From the NCBI GenBank assembly GCA_034665665.1, contig JAXDJK010000597.1, positions 1 to 24,452 on the forward strand: 24,452 nt of DNA. The letters run 5' to 3'. Shown in pieces: positions 1 to 7,960 of the stretch; the stretch's first letter is position 1; each line of letters begins with the position of its first letter. This DNA is from Acidobacteriota bacterium (GTDB lineage Bacteria > Acidobacteriota > Thermoanaerobaculia > Gp7-AA8). The notes beneath the pieces were generated by a model. It searched no databases. It saw only the letters and a program-made list of their open reading frames with translations, and had not been told where the DNA came from. Position numbers and translations under genes: made by a program.

Positions 1-194
1 CTTTGATTCTGCAAGCGGATCTCGAGGAGCACCGCGCTGTCAGCGGGCCATCCCCTGCGACTGCATCCACGTCCGGTACCGGACGACCGCCTTGGCGTTC
101 TTCCTCATCCACTCCCCGGTGCCTGCCAGATTCAGCGAGGACAGCGCCAGGCTGTCCAAGCCGTCGCAGATGCGCACTTACGGCCGGCCCGTCA

Positions 195-1910
195 TCAACT
201 CACATACAGCGTGACCGGCACGACGACGCTCTCGACACCCGTGCCGCTGATCGTGATCGAGCTCGTGTACGTGCCGCTCGCGAGGTTGCTCGTGTCCACC
301 GAAACCGTGACGGTGATGACACCGGTTTGCAGTTGCGGGTCGGAGAGCCGGAGCCAGGCGTCCGCGGCGGTGGTGCCGAGCGCGAGGCCGGGTCCGGCGG
401 AGAAGAGCAGCGCCTGCGCGGTGACGCCGCCGATGAAGACGAGCGACATCGGATTCGCGACGATCGTTCCGGAGAACGTCGGAGGGTTGTTGCTCGCGGT
501 GGCGCATAAAGACGACGTCACGCTCGGGGCGCTCCCATCGCGCTGCGTCAGCGAGGTGACTCCGTTCTGCGAGAGACCGAACGTCTCCCAAACCGTCTTG
601 ACGATGGAGGCATGATCGAACGGCGGATCGCTGCTGAGCGTCGCGCCGGCTGGGATGTACGGCGAAACCACGATCGCCGGCACGCGGCCTCCGTAGACGG
701 TGTAGCCGAAGCCGTGCGCCGCCGGATCGGTCCATGACGCCGCGAGCGGCACGGTGCCGGGCGGCGTTGCCGTCGGCGGCGGAACGTGATCGTAGAGGCC
801 GCCATGCTCGTCGTAGGTGATGATGAGCAGCGTGGAGTCCCAGTAGCTGCTCTGGCGAAGGAGGTTATAGACCTGCATCAGCAGCAGCTCGCCGCCAGCC
901 GCGTCGATCGGCGGATCGCTCGGATCGCTGTGTGTGAAGAGGCCGTAGTTTCCCGGTCCGGGATGATTGCTGTTCGGAGGCAGCTTGTTCGACGCGAACG
1001 AGCGGCTGTACCGCGGCTCGATGAACGAGAACGGCGGCAGCGTCTCATTGGCCACGTCCTCGGCGAACGTGGAGGGGACGGCGCCGAGCTGTTTCGGCCT
1101 GTCGCCGCCCCAATCCGAGTCGTCGAACGTGGCCACGTTCACGTTCGACGCGCTCGCCGCCGCGTCCGCGATGTACGGGATCGTCAGCACCGCGATCGAG
1201 TAGTCGTGAAAGTAAATCTTCCAGCTCGGACTCGACGTGCCGAGGACGAGGTCGAGCCGTTCGCAGATCGTCGGCAGCTTCACCACCTCGGATAACGGCC
1301 GGAGCGTCCGCGGATCGAAGAGGTATTGCTCATCATCGACGACGCTGTAGACCCGATCGAGCACCTGCAGGACCGCGGGCGCGGCGCAGAAGGCGAAGAG
1401 GCGGTTCGTGAACGTCTGCGTCGGCACCGACGCGAACCAGCGGTCGCAGACCGCGAACTCCTTGGCGAGGAACGCCGTCACCGGGAGCTGCGCCGCGGTG
1501 AGGTAGTTCATCACGTCCTGAATGTTGTGCGGCGACATGCCGGAGACCCGGCCGTAGTTGTTCATGAAGCCCTGCATCAGGCCCGCGGCATCGGCCGGTG
1601 GGTAGTTCGCGTACGGCGGCGCGTCGGTCACGACGTGATTGAGGAACTGCTCCGACATCGCGCTGAACTTCTCGCAGGGATCGATCATCGGAATCGTGGT
1701 GCCGGGCCACGTCTGGCCGTGACCCCCGATCTGCTGCGTCGGCTGGTTGAGCACCGTCTGGGTGCCGCCGTATGGATTCGGATTCGACTCGTTGCCGGTG
1801 AGACCGCCGCGCGCCCAGCCGAGGACGTTGTCGTACGAACGGTTCTCGAGCATGACCACGACAACGTGTTCGATCGGATTCGTCATGTTGAGGAGAGCCG
1901 CCGGAGGCAT
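195..1910 (-). CDS. Phosphoesterase / phospholipase C family protein (PlcN/AcpA-like, alkaline phosphatase superfamily) with a C-terminal BACON/Ig-like beta domain
   Basis: Family motifs EHVVVVMLENRSYDNVLG, FAVCDRWFASVPTQTFTNR, NHPG and TYDEHGGLYDHVPPP. C-terminal TVSVDTSNLASGTYTSSITISG...VPVTLYV resembles BACON-type repeats. Double TGA stop. No N-terminal signal peptide seen. Alternative start ATG at 1886. Confidence 0.9.
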   Translation of the reverse strand: MPPAALLNMTNPIEHVVVVMLENRSYDNVLGWARGGLTGNESNPNPYGGTQTVLNQPTQQIGGHGQTWPGTTIPMIDPCEKFSAMSEQFLNHVVTDAPPYANYPPADAAGLMQGFMNNYGRVSGMSPHNIQDVMNYLTAAQLPVTAFLAKEFAVCDRWFASVPTQTFTNRLFAFCAAPAVLQVLDRVYSVVDDEQYLFDPRTLRPLSEVVKLPTICERLDLVLGTSSPSWKIYFHDYSIAVLTIPYIADAAASASNVNVATFDDSDWGGDRPKQLGAVPSTFAEDVANETLPPFSFIEPRYSRSFASNKLPPNSNHPGPGNYGLFTHSDPSDPPIDAAGGELLLMQVYNLLRQSSYWDSTLLIITYDEHGGLYDHVPPPTATPPGTVPLAASWTDPAAHGFGYTVYGGRVPAIVVSPYIPAGATLSSDPPFDHASIVKTVWETFGLSQNGVTSLTQRDGSAPSVTSSLCATASNNPPTFSGTIVANPMSLVFIGGVTAQALLFSAGPGLALGTTAADAWLRLSDPQLQTGVITVTVSVDTSNLASGTYTSSITISGTGVESVVVPVTLYVS

Positions 1911-1937
1911 CAGTCCCTACCCGACGCGTGTGCCCTT

Positions 1938-3638
1938 TCACGACGCGATGCGATAGGGAAGCGCCATCGCCAGCGCGAATCCGTCTCGTCGCGCGGAGAT
2001 GTCGAGAGAAAACGCATCGCCGTACATCTGCTCCAAGCGCGCTCGCGTATTCGAGAGCCCCAGCCCTTCGCGCGCGGGCAGCTCGCTGCCATTTCCACGT
2101 CCGTCGTCCTCCACGGCGATGTGCAATCGGTCCTGTCGGACCGTCGCCTGCACGGACACGCACCCGCCGGTCTCGGGGAGGAGGCCGTGGCGCAGGGCGT
2201 TCTCCACGAGCGGCTGCAGCAGGAAGCTGGGCACGAGCGCGCCTCGTGCGTCGTCGCTCGCCTCGACGACCAGTTCCGCGCGTCCTGCGAAGCGGATGTT
2301 CTCGATGGCGACGTAAGCGGCGAGCGAGTCGAGCTCCTCACGGAGCGGCACTTCCTCCCGGTCCGAGCGCTCGAGCACGCGCACGACGAAGTGCCGCAGC
2401 TCCGCGACCATACGCTGCGCGGTCGAGGCGTCGTCCTCGAGCAGCGCGGCGACGGAGTTCAACGAGTTGAAGAGGAAATGAGGGTTCAGCTGCAATCGAA
2501 GAAGGGTCGCGTGCGTACGAAGCATCGACGTTTCCAGCTCCGCGACCTTCGCGGCGGCGGCTGCGGCCTCGCGGTAGCGCGAGTACGCCAGGGTAGCCAG
2601 CCCGACGCCGAGGAAGAAAACCGGATCTAACGGACCGAAGAGCGCACGGTCGGGGTCGCGGGGAGACCCGATGGCTCGCCACAGGCTCACCAGTGTTGCG
2701 CCCCACAGCCACGGAACGCCGGTTGCGACCAGGATGAGCGGCCACACCCGTTCCACGCGCCTGCCCAGCCATACCATGGCCAGCGTTACGGGAAAGAACT
2801 CTACTGCCAGCGAGGCAGCCCAAAGCACCGGGGCCCACGAAAGCGGTTGGTTTCTCCACACGGCAAACAGCGCCTGGAGGACGCTCCAGAGGAGCTCATA
2901 CGCGGGGAGGATGCTGAACAACAGCAGGAGCCGGAGCGGGAGCGACCATTGCCGCCCTGCTGGCGCAAGCTCTTCTTCCCATTCCGCTTCGTCCTGCGCA
3001 ACCTCGTCGATCGCTGCATGGACCGTGGCGACGTTCAGCGACTCACGAAGTGATGCGGCGAACTCCTCGATCATCAGTTCGGCGCGGTCGGTGTCGAGCG
3101 CGATGGTTCGTTCGATCTGCAGGAGCCGCTCGCTGACGACGTGGACCGGTAATTCGAGCCGCAGGCGATCCAGAGCCGCCTGCGCCAGCGACCGCTCCAG
3201 CGCGAGCCGTTCCTGTTCCCGCCGTGCTGACGCTCGCAGATAGAGAGACATCTGTGTGGCCACCACCGTCACGCCATAGACGAGGAAATCCATCAGCATG
3301 TGTGGCGGGATCCACCAGAGCAGAATCCTCCACAGCGATGGTCCCGGGGAAGGGGGGGCACCTCGAACGAGCACGAATGTGAGCGTGTAGATGGCCAGGT
3401 GAACGGCATGGAAGGCGAGAGCGGCGACCAGATGGACGCCGATGAATCGCCACGTCTGGCGGCGCCGGTACGGGACGGCGGTGGCCACGCGAACCACCAG
3501 CGGAGCGAGGACGATCCACTCCGCCCACCCGAACGCGAGCCAGGCCATGCCGGACGGCCAATCCAGACCGAATGCAAGTCGCACCAGTACCTCGAGCAGC
3601 AGCAGCGAGATGCCGGCGATGACTGCTACGTATCTCAC
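1938..3638 (-). CDS. LytS/YehU-family membrane sensor histidine kinase with a duplicated TM + DHp module
   Basis: H-box LRLQLNPHFLFNSLN, N-box LLQPLVENALRHG, G1 VEDDGRG and G2 GLGLSNTRARL. Two hydrophobic multi-TM blocks. GTG start at 3638 overlaps the LytTR TGA (GTGA coupling), so the longer 4409 ORF is an artefact. Confidence 0.92.
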   Translation of the reverse strand: MRYVAVIAGISLLLLEVLVRLAFGLDWPSGMAWLAFGWAEWIVLAPLVVRVATAVPYRRRQTWRFIGVHLVAALAFHAVHLAIYTLTFVLVRGAPPSPGPSLWRILLWWIPPHMLMDFLVYGVTVVATQMSLYLRASARREQERLALERSLAQAALDRLRLELPVHVVSERLLQIERTIALDTDRAELMIEEFAASLRESLNVATVHAAIDEVAQDEAEWEEELAPAGRQWSLPLRLLLLFSILPAYELLWSVLQALFAVWRNQPLSWAPVLWAASLAVEFFPVTLAMVWLGRRVERVWPLILVATGVPWLWGATLVSLWRAIGSPRDPDRALFGPLDPVFFLGVGLATLAYSRYREAAAAAAKVAELETSMLRTHATLLRLQLNPHFLFNSLNSVAALLEDDASTAQRMVAELRHFVVRVLERSDREEVPLREELDSLAAYVAIENIRFAGRAELVVEASDDARGALVPSFLLQPLVENALRHGLLPETGGCVSVQATVRQDRLHIAVEDDGRGNGSELPAREGLGLSNTRARLEQMYGDAFSLDISARRDGFALAMALPYRIAS

Positions 3639-4381
3639 TGCGGCGAGCCCTCCAGGCGCTCGCGGTACGCGCGCGACAGCTGCAGTTGCGTCCCGTCGTG
3701 CAGCACGACGATGTGGTCCCCGTGGGAGGCGGGGCGGGTGTCCCGGATGCGTTGCAGGTTGACGATGGTGGTGCGATGGATCCGTACGAATTGTGTCGGG
3801 TCGAGCTTCTCCTCGAGCCCATTCATCGTCTGTCTCAGCAGAAAGCGCTCGCTGCCGACGTGGAGGCGCACGTAGTTGCCGGCAGATTCGAACCAGTCGA
3901 TCTGCTCCACCGGGACGAGCCGCACGCGCTCTTTGGATTTCACCGCAACGTGCTGCATGAACGTCGTCCTCTGCTCGACGCGCTCGAGAAACGCCGTCAG
4001 GGACGGGTTCGACCTCGCCGCCACCAGTTCGCGCACACGCGTCAGCGCCAGCCGGAGCGGCTCTCTCTCGACCGGCTTCAGAAGGTACTGCACGGCTGCC
4101 GCGCGGAACGCCTCGAGCGCGTACTGCTGATGGGCCGTGACAAAGACGATCAGCGGCCGCGACTCCGGCGGGATGCGTCGTACCACCTCGAAGCCGTCCA
4201 TCCGCGGCATCTGCACGTCGAGGAACATCACTCGAGGCGCGCGCTCCTCGACGAGGCGCAACGCTTCTTCGCCGCCGGCGGCCTCGCCGACAACCGTCAC
4301 GTCGGACGCGGCGCGCAGGAGCCTGCGAATCCGCTTCCGCGCTAGCGGCTCGTCGTCGACGATGAGCGCGGTGATCTGCAT
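3635..4381 (-). CDS. LytTR-family DNA-binding response regulator
   Basis: REC: LIVDDEPLAR, FLDVQMPRMDG, FVTAHQQYALEAF, YLLKP. LytTR: IDWFESAGNYVRLH and FVRIHRTTIVNL. Start at 4381 (MQITAL); 4402 is possible. Confidence 0.95.
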   Translation of the reverse strand: MQITALIVDDEPLARKRIRRLLRAASDVTVVGEAAGGEEALRLVEERAPRVMFLDVQMPRMDGFEVVRRIPPESRPLIVFVTAHQQYALEAFRAAAVQYLLKPVEREPLRLALTRVRELVAARSNPSLTAFLERVEQRTTFMQHVAVKSKERVRLVPVEQIDWFESAGNYVRLHVGSERFLLRQTMNGLEEKLDPTQFVRIHRTTIVNLQRIRDTRPASHGDHIVVLHDGTQLQLSRAYRERLEGSPQ

Positions 4382-4448
4382 CGGGGAGCGAGTGTGGTGC
4401 ATGGAGCATGATGGTTCAAGACCCCTCGTGAAGCGGCGGTCACCGCGG

Positions 4449-4512
4449 CGTCCACCTGATCACAATGCCGTCACAAAGTCGCTCGACGAACGGTATGCCG
4501 CCGCGACAATTC
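4449..4512 (+). promoter_or_regulatory. Conserved promoter/operator cassette, copy A (TCACAA-N5-TCACAAAG ... GACAAT), upstream of the serine hydrolase
   Basis: Ungapped 47/64 identity to the reverse complement of 9372-9435. TCACAA at 4460 and 4471 (11-bp period). A -10-like GACAAT lies at 4505-4510. Confidence 0.7.
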
Positions 4513-4533
4513 ACGCAGCCTGCGGACCATCCA

Positions 4534-5637
4534 ATGAGACGAACACTCGTTGCCCTGCTGATCTTCGTACAGTCTCCTCTCGCCGCGGCGACGCGCACGC
4601 GACCTGTGCACGCGCCACCGGTGATCGCGCCAGCGGCGATCGTGACGGCGGCACATCAGGCGGTCGAAGCGGCATTGAATGCCGGCGTTCCGGCGGTTCA
4701 GATCGCGGTGTCACACGGCGGTCGGGTCATCTACTCTGAGGCATTCGGCGTGACCGATGTAGGGAGCGCGACGCCCGCAACATCGCGATCGCCGATGCAG
4801 ATCGGCTCGGTGACGAAACAATTCACCGCAGCGGCGATTCTTCGCCTTGCCGAACGCGGGGCTCTGACGCTCGACGATCGCATCGAAACGCTCGTACCGG
4901 AATTCGATCCACGAGGCAGGACGATCACACTTCGGAACCTCCTCAACCACACGTCAGGAATCGCTCGCGATTGGTACCCACCCGACGTTCCCGCTGACCC
5001 GACCTTGCCGGTCACGCGTGAGCACGTCCTCAAGAACCTCAACGAGCGACCCTTCCTGTTCGCGACAGGCAAGGGGTTCAGTTACAGCAACGCCGGCTAC
5101 ATGCTGCTCGGCTATGCGATTGAATCGATCACCGGCGGATCGTTCGCCGATTTCATCCATGGTGAATTCGCGGTGCCGCTCGGGCTCCTCGACACCGGCG
5201 TGTGCGGAACGCACAACCTGCCGCTGCCTGCAGGTTACGCGGTATTCACGACATCGAACGGACCGACGCCGATGGCGGCGTGGCACCGGTCGTGGCTGTG
5301 GTCGTCCGGTTCGCTTTGCTCCACCGCATTCGATCTTGCCCGCTGGTCGCACTTCCTCGCAAGCGGCGTCGTCATGCTGCCCGCTTCGTACGAGACGATG
5401 AAGACTCCCGTGCCACCCGCAACTCCCTATGGGTTCGGCCTCGTGGTGCAAAAAATCCTGGGACGGCCGGCCGTGTGGCACGACGGCGCCATCTACGGCT
5501 TCGTCACGTATCTCGTTTACTTCGCCGGCGAAGACGTAGCGGTTGCGGTCAACATGAATACGTTCCCCACTCCGGCCGGCGTCGACCTACAGGGCATCGC
5601 GCTGGCGGTGGCGAAAGCTGCGCTCAACACACAGTAG
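4534..5637 (+). CDS. Secreted serine hydrolase, beta-lactamase class C / DD-peptidase family
   Basis: SxxK (IGSVTKQFT), LLNHTSG, YxN (FSYSNAGY) and HxG (WHDG). Signal peptide MRRTLVALLIFVQSPLAAA from ATG 4534. Confidence 0.92.
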   Translation: MRRTLVALLIFVQSPLAAATRTRPVHAPPVIAPAAIVTAAHQAVEAALNAGVPAVQIAVSHGGRVIYSEAFGVTDVGSATPATSRSPMQIGSVTKQFTAAAILRLAERGALTLDDRIETLVPEFDPRGRTITLRNLLNHTSGIARDWYPPDVPADPTLPVTREHVLKNLNERPFLFATGKGFSYSNAGYMLLGYAIESITGGSFADFIHGEFAVPLGLLDTGVCGTHNLPLPAGYAVFTTSNGPTPMAAWHRSWLWSSGSLCSTAFDLARWSHFLASGVVMLPASYETMKTPVPPATPYGFGLVVQKILGRPAVWHDGAIYGFVTYLVYFAGEDVAVAVNMNTFPTPAGVDLQGIALAVAKAALNTQ

Positions 5638-5698
5638 CGATCATTCGTCCGCCGTCCGCAAGAACGGCTGCCGTTGCTCGAAGAGGGGATCACTACAA

Positions 5699-6628
5699 AT
5701 GTTCACGTCAAAACGCGTTTCGCTCGCTGTACTTTCCATGATGATGTTCGCCGCGGTAGCGACTGCCAGTACCTTTCGTGCAGCCGATATCGTCTACCTT
5801 CCCGCCGTCGCACGTCTCCCGGGCGGGTTCGGCGCCTTCTTCAAGACCGACGTGACGATCACCAACACGAACACTACGCGGGTGGTCGTCCAGGTAGCGT
5901 ACGTCGAGGGGAGCGCAGACAACTCCACTGCGCTGAACACGCTCATCACGCTTCCGACGTTCGTGCCCGGCGAGCGGCGCGAGCTGATCGACATCGCGCA
6001 GAGCGCGCTCGGACGTGAGTCGGCCAACGGCTACCTGATCTTCTTTTCCTGCCGCGAAGGCGGCAATTGCACGAGTTGCGATACCAACGCCGGTGACTGC
6101 CTCAACATCACCGTTCAGGGCCGCATCTACAACGACACACCGGGCGGCACGTTCGGCCAGTCGTTCCCCGGGATTCCCTGGTACAGCTACGCGGCGATGA
6201 CCTCGACCACGGGTACGGACCGTCTTTCGATCAACGGCGTTCGCAACAATGCGAACTACCGGACCAACATAGGACTCGTGAATGCGTCGCAATTCTCGTC
6301 GACCGTGCTCCGCCTCCGCCTCTTCAACAGCACCGGCACTCAAGTCGGCGAGATGGACCAGACGCTCGGACCACTCGGCCGGAGTCAGTTCCCGGTGGCC
6401 CAGATCGCCGCCGGCTTCACCGGCGACGGCTACGTCACCGTCGAACAGGTCAGCGCCACTCCTACGCCCGGTCAGGAGGACGCGGTGCCGGGCTTCTTCG
6501 CCTATGGTTCGCTTCTCGACAACCGCACAAACGATCCCACCACACTCGAGGCGGAATTCAATGTTCCGCTGCCCTTCGATTGCGTCTACGCCGCCAAGGG
6601 CCAGGGGCGCCGCCCAGTTCGCCGCTAA
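5699..6628 (+). CDS. Secreted hypothetical protein; unnamed beta-rich domain (PA..PG.FG.FF[KR]T[DE]V ... NYRxN[IV]G ... DNRTND)
   Basis: RBS GAGGG. Signal peptide MFTSKRVSLAVLSMMMFAAVATA. Motif-level paralogy with the C-terminal half of 7961-9214. Basic C-terminus GRRPVRR. Confidence 0.85.
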   Translation: MFTSKRVSLAVLSMMMFAAVATASTFRAADIVYLPAVARLPGGFGAFFKTDVTITNTNTTRVVVQVAYVEGSADNSTALNTLITLPTFVPGERRELIDIAQSALGRESANGYLIFFSCREGGNCTSCDTNAGDCLNITVQGRIYNDTPGGTFGQSFPGIPWYSYAAMTSTTGTDRLSINGVRNNANYRTNIGLVNASQFSSTVLRLRLFNSTGTQVGEMDQTLGPLGRSQFPVAQIAAGFTGDGYVTVEQVSATPTPGQEDAVPGFFAYGSLLDNRTNDPTTLEAEFNVPLPFDCVYAAKGQGRRPVRR

Positions 6629-6689
6629 CCTTGGCCGATGGCGACGCGCTGCGCCGGCATCGCCAGCGCTACCAGCAGCAGGAGCTCCT

Positions 6690-7901
6690 CTACAGCGAGT
6701 TGAGGAAGGCGATCAGCCTCGCCCGCGCCTGCGCGTCGAGGCCCTGATAGGCCTCGCGCGACGTGCGCGCCTGCCCGTCGTGCGCCGTGACCGCATCATT
6801 GATGTTGTCCGCACGGCCGTCGTGCAGGAGCGTGCGCTGCGCGCGCAGTCCCCACAGCGGCGCCGTGCGGAATTCGCGGCCGCTCGCTTCCCCCTGCACG
6901 ATGCCGTCGCCGAGCGCGCCCATGTCGTGCAGCAGGAAGTCGGAGTACGGCGAGTAGATCTTGTTCGACAGCGCGGCGATCGGATGCGAGCCGGTGGTCA
7001 GATTCGGGACGTGGCACTGATTGCAGCCGAGCTGCTGGAACACCTGCTCACCGGCCGTGACGTCGGCCGTGATCAGGCCGCGCGACGGAGCGCCGAGCAT
7101 GAGCATGAAGTCGGTCAGTTGGCGCACACCGCCGCCGGTGTCGTTCAGGCCCGGCGCCGGATTGCGCGCGAGGTCTTTGCAGTTGCCGTTCGCACAGTGC
7201 TCGTTCGGGAACTCGGGACTGGTGATGCCCAACTCGTTCAGGTCCGCTTCGCCCGCGAACTGGAACAGCGACGGCAGCTGAGCTTTCCAGCCGAACTTAC
7301 CGACGGTGCGCGTGCCTGCGACGAAGTTCGTCACCAGCGCGGCGCGGCCTGCCGTGGCGGGATTGCGCTCCGCCTGCTGCGCGGCGAGAGCGATGAACGT
7401 CGCATCGGGCGTAGCGTCGACGAAACCGAGGCCGAAGAGCGGTGTGGTGCGGCGCTGCGTGACGATCGTCGCCTGCGCGGGGGGCACGAACTCGCGTTGG
7501 AACGGAGGGATCCCCTGCTCAGGACCGAGCGCGTGTTCCTGCAGCAGCAACCCGCCGAGCGCCGTCAGTGGATCGAACACGCCGTTCGTCGTCCTGCCGA
7601 ACAGCGTCACCACACGCGGATTCGAACCGCCCGCGACCGGAACGCTGTGGCAGCGGAGACAGGAGCGGTCGTTGAAGATCGGCCCGAGGCCGCCGGCGGC
7701 GTCTTTGTCCTCGTTGAACTCGCCGCGGGCAGCCAGCCAGGCCCCGAGTTGCGCCGCAGTCAGACTGCGAACCGGATCGCCGAGGTTGCCGGTCGGCGCC
7801 GGTGCGGGCTGGGACGGATGCTGCGCGGCACGCCTGCGCGTCGCCGCGACGACAGAAAACTGCCCAAGCATCAGAAGGAGGGCCAGGATTGCTCGAGTCA
7901 T
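6690..7901 (-). CDS. Di-heme oxidoreductase family (DHOR-like) c-type cytochrome
   Basis: Two CxxCH motifs (CLRCH, CNQCH). Family motifs GLGPIFNDRSC, RRTTPLFGLG, GKFGWKAQ, YSDFLLHDMG, FRTAPLWGL and LLHDGRA. Signal peptide from ATG 7901 (7916 possible). Confidence 0.9.
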   Translation of the reverse strand: MTRAILALLLMLGQFSVVAATRRRAAQHPSQPAPAPTGNLGDPVRSLTAAQLGAWLAARGEFNEDKDAAGGLGPIFNDRSCLRCHSVPVAGGSNPRVVTLFGRTTNGVFDPLTALGGLLLQEHALGPEQGIPPFQREFVPPAQATIVTQRRTTPLFGLGFVDATPDATFIALAAQQAERNPATAGRAALVTNFVAGTRTVGKFGWKAQLPSLFQFAGEADLNELGITSPEFPNEHCANGNCKDLARNPAPGLNDTGGGVRQLTDFMLMLGAPSRGLITADVTAGEQVFQQLGCNQCHVPNLTTGSHPIAALSNKIYSPYSDFLLHDMGALGDGIVQGEASGREFRTAPLWGLRAQRTLLHDGRADNINDAVTAHDGQARTSREAYQGLDAQARARLIAFLNSL

Positions 7902-7960
7902 TTGATGGTCTTCCATACGAACACGCGCCCGCCTGCTGGCGTGACGCGCCTTCGCCGTTA

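Noticed and set aside
40-177. 45-codon minus-strand ORF (VRICDGLDSLAL...MQSQGMAR)
   Set aside because: Codon pattern is plausible, but there is no RBS or recognisable motif and it is at the window edge. Cannot be supported.
3639-4409. N-terminal extension of the 823-aa ORF (1938-4409)
   Set aside because: It overlaps the LytTR gene in another frame and is low-complexity Arg/Ala/Pro. The real kinase start is the coupled GTG at 3638.
4534-5637. Calling the serine hydrolase an antibiotic-resistance beta-lactamase (ampC)
   Set aside because: The SxxK/YxN/HxG motifs are shared by esterases, amidases and DD-peptidases. HDG rather than KTG argues against a true AmpC.
6626-6689. Hydrophobic peptide-like reading (ELLLLVALAMPAQRVAIGQG) between convergent genes
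   Set aside because: No start codon or RBS outside the DHOR gene. Possibly a gene remnant but too short to call. No clear terminator either.
7815-7838. Tat signal in the DHOR (RRR)
   Set aside because: The arginines lie after the hydrophobic region and predicted cleavage site, and c-type cytochromes are Sec substrates. Treated as a separate motif finding.
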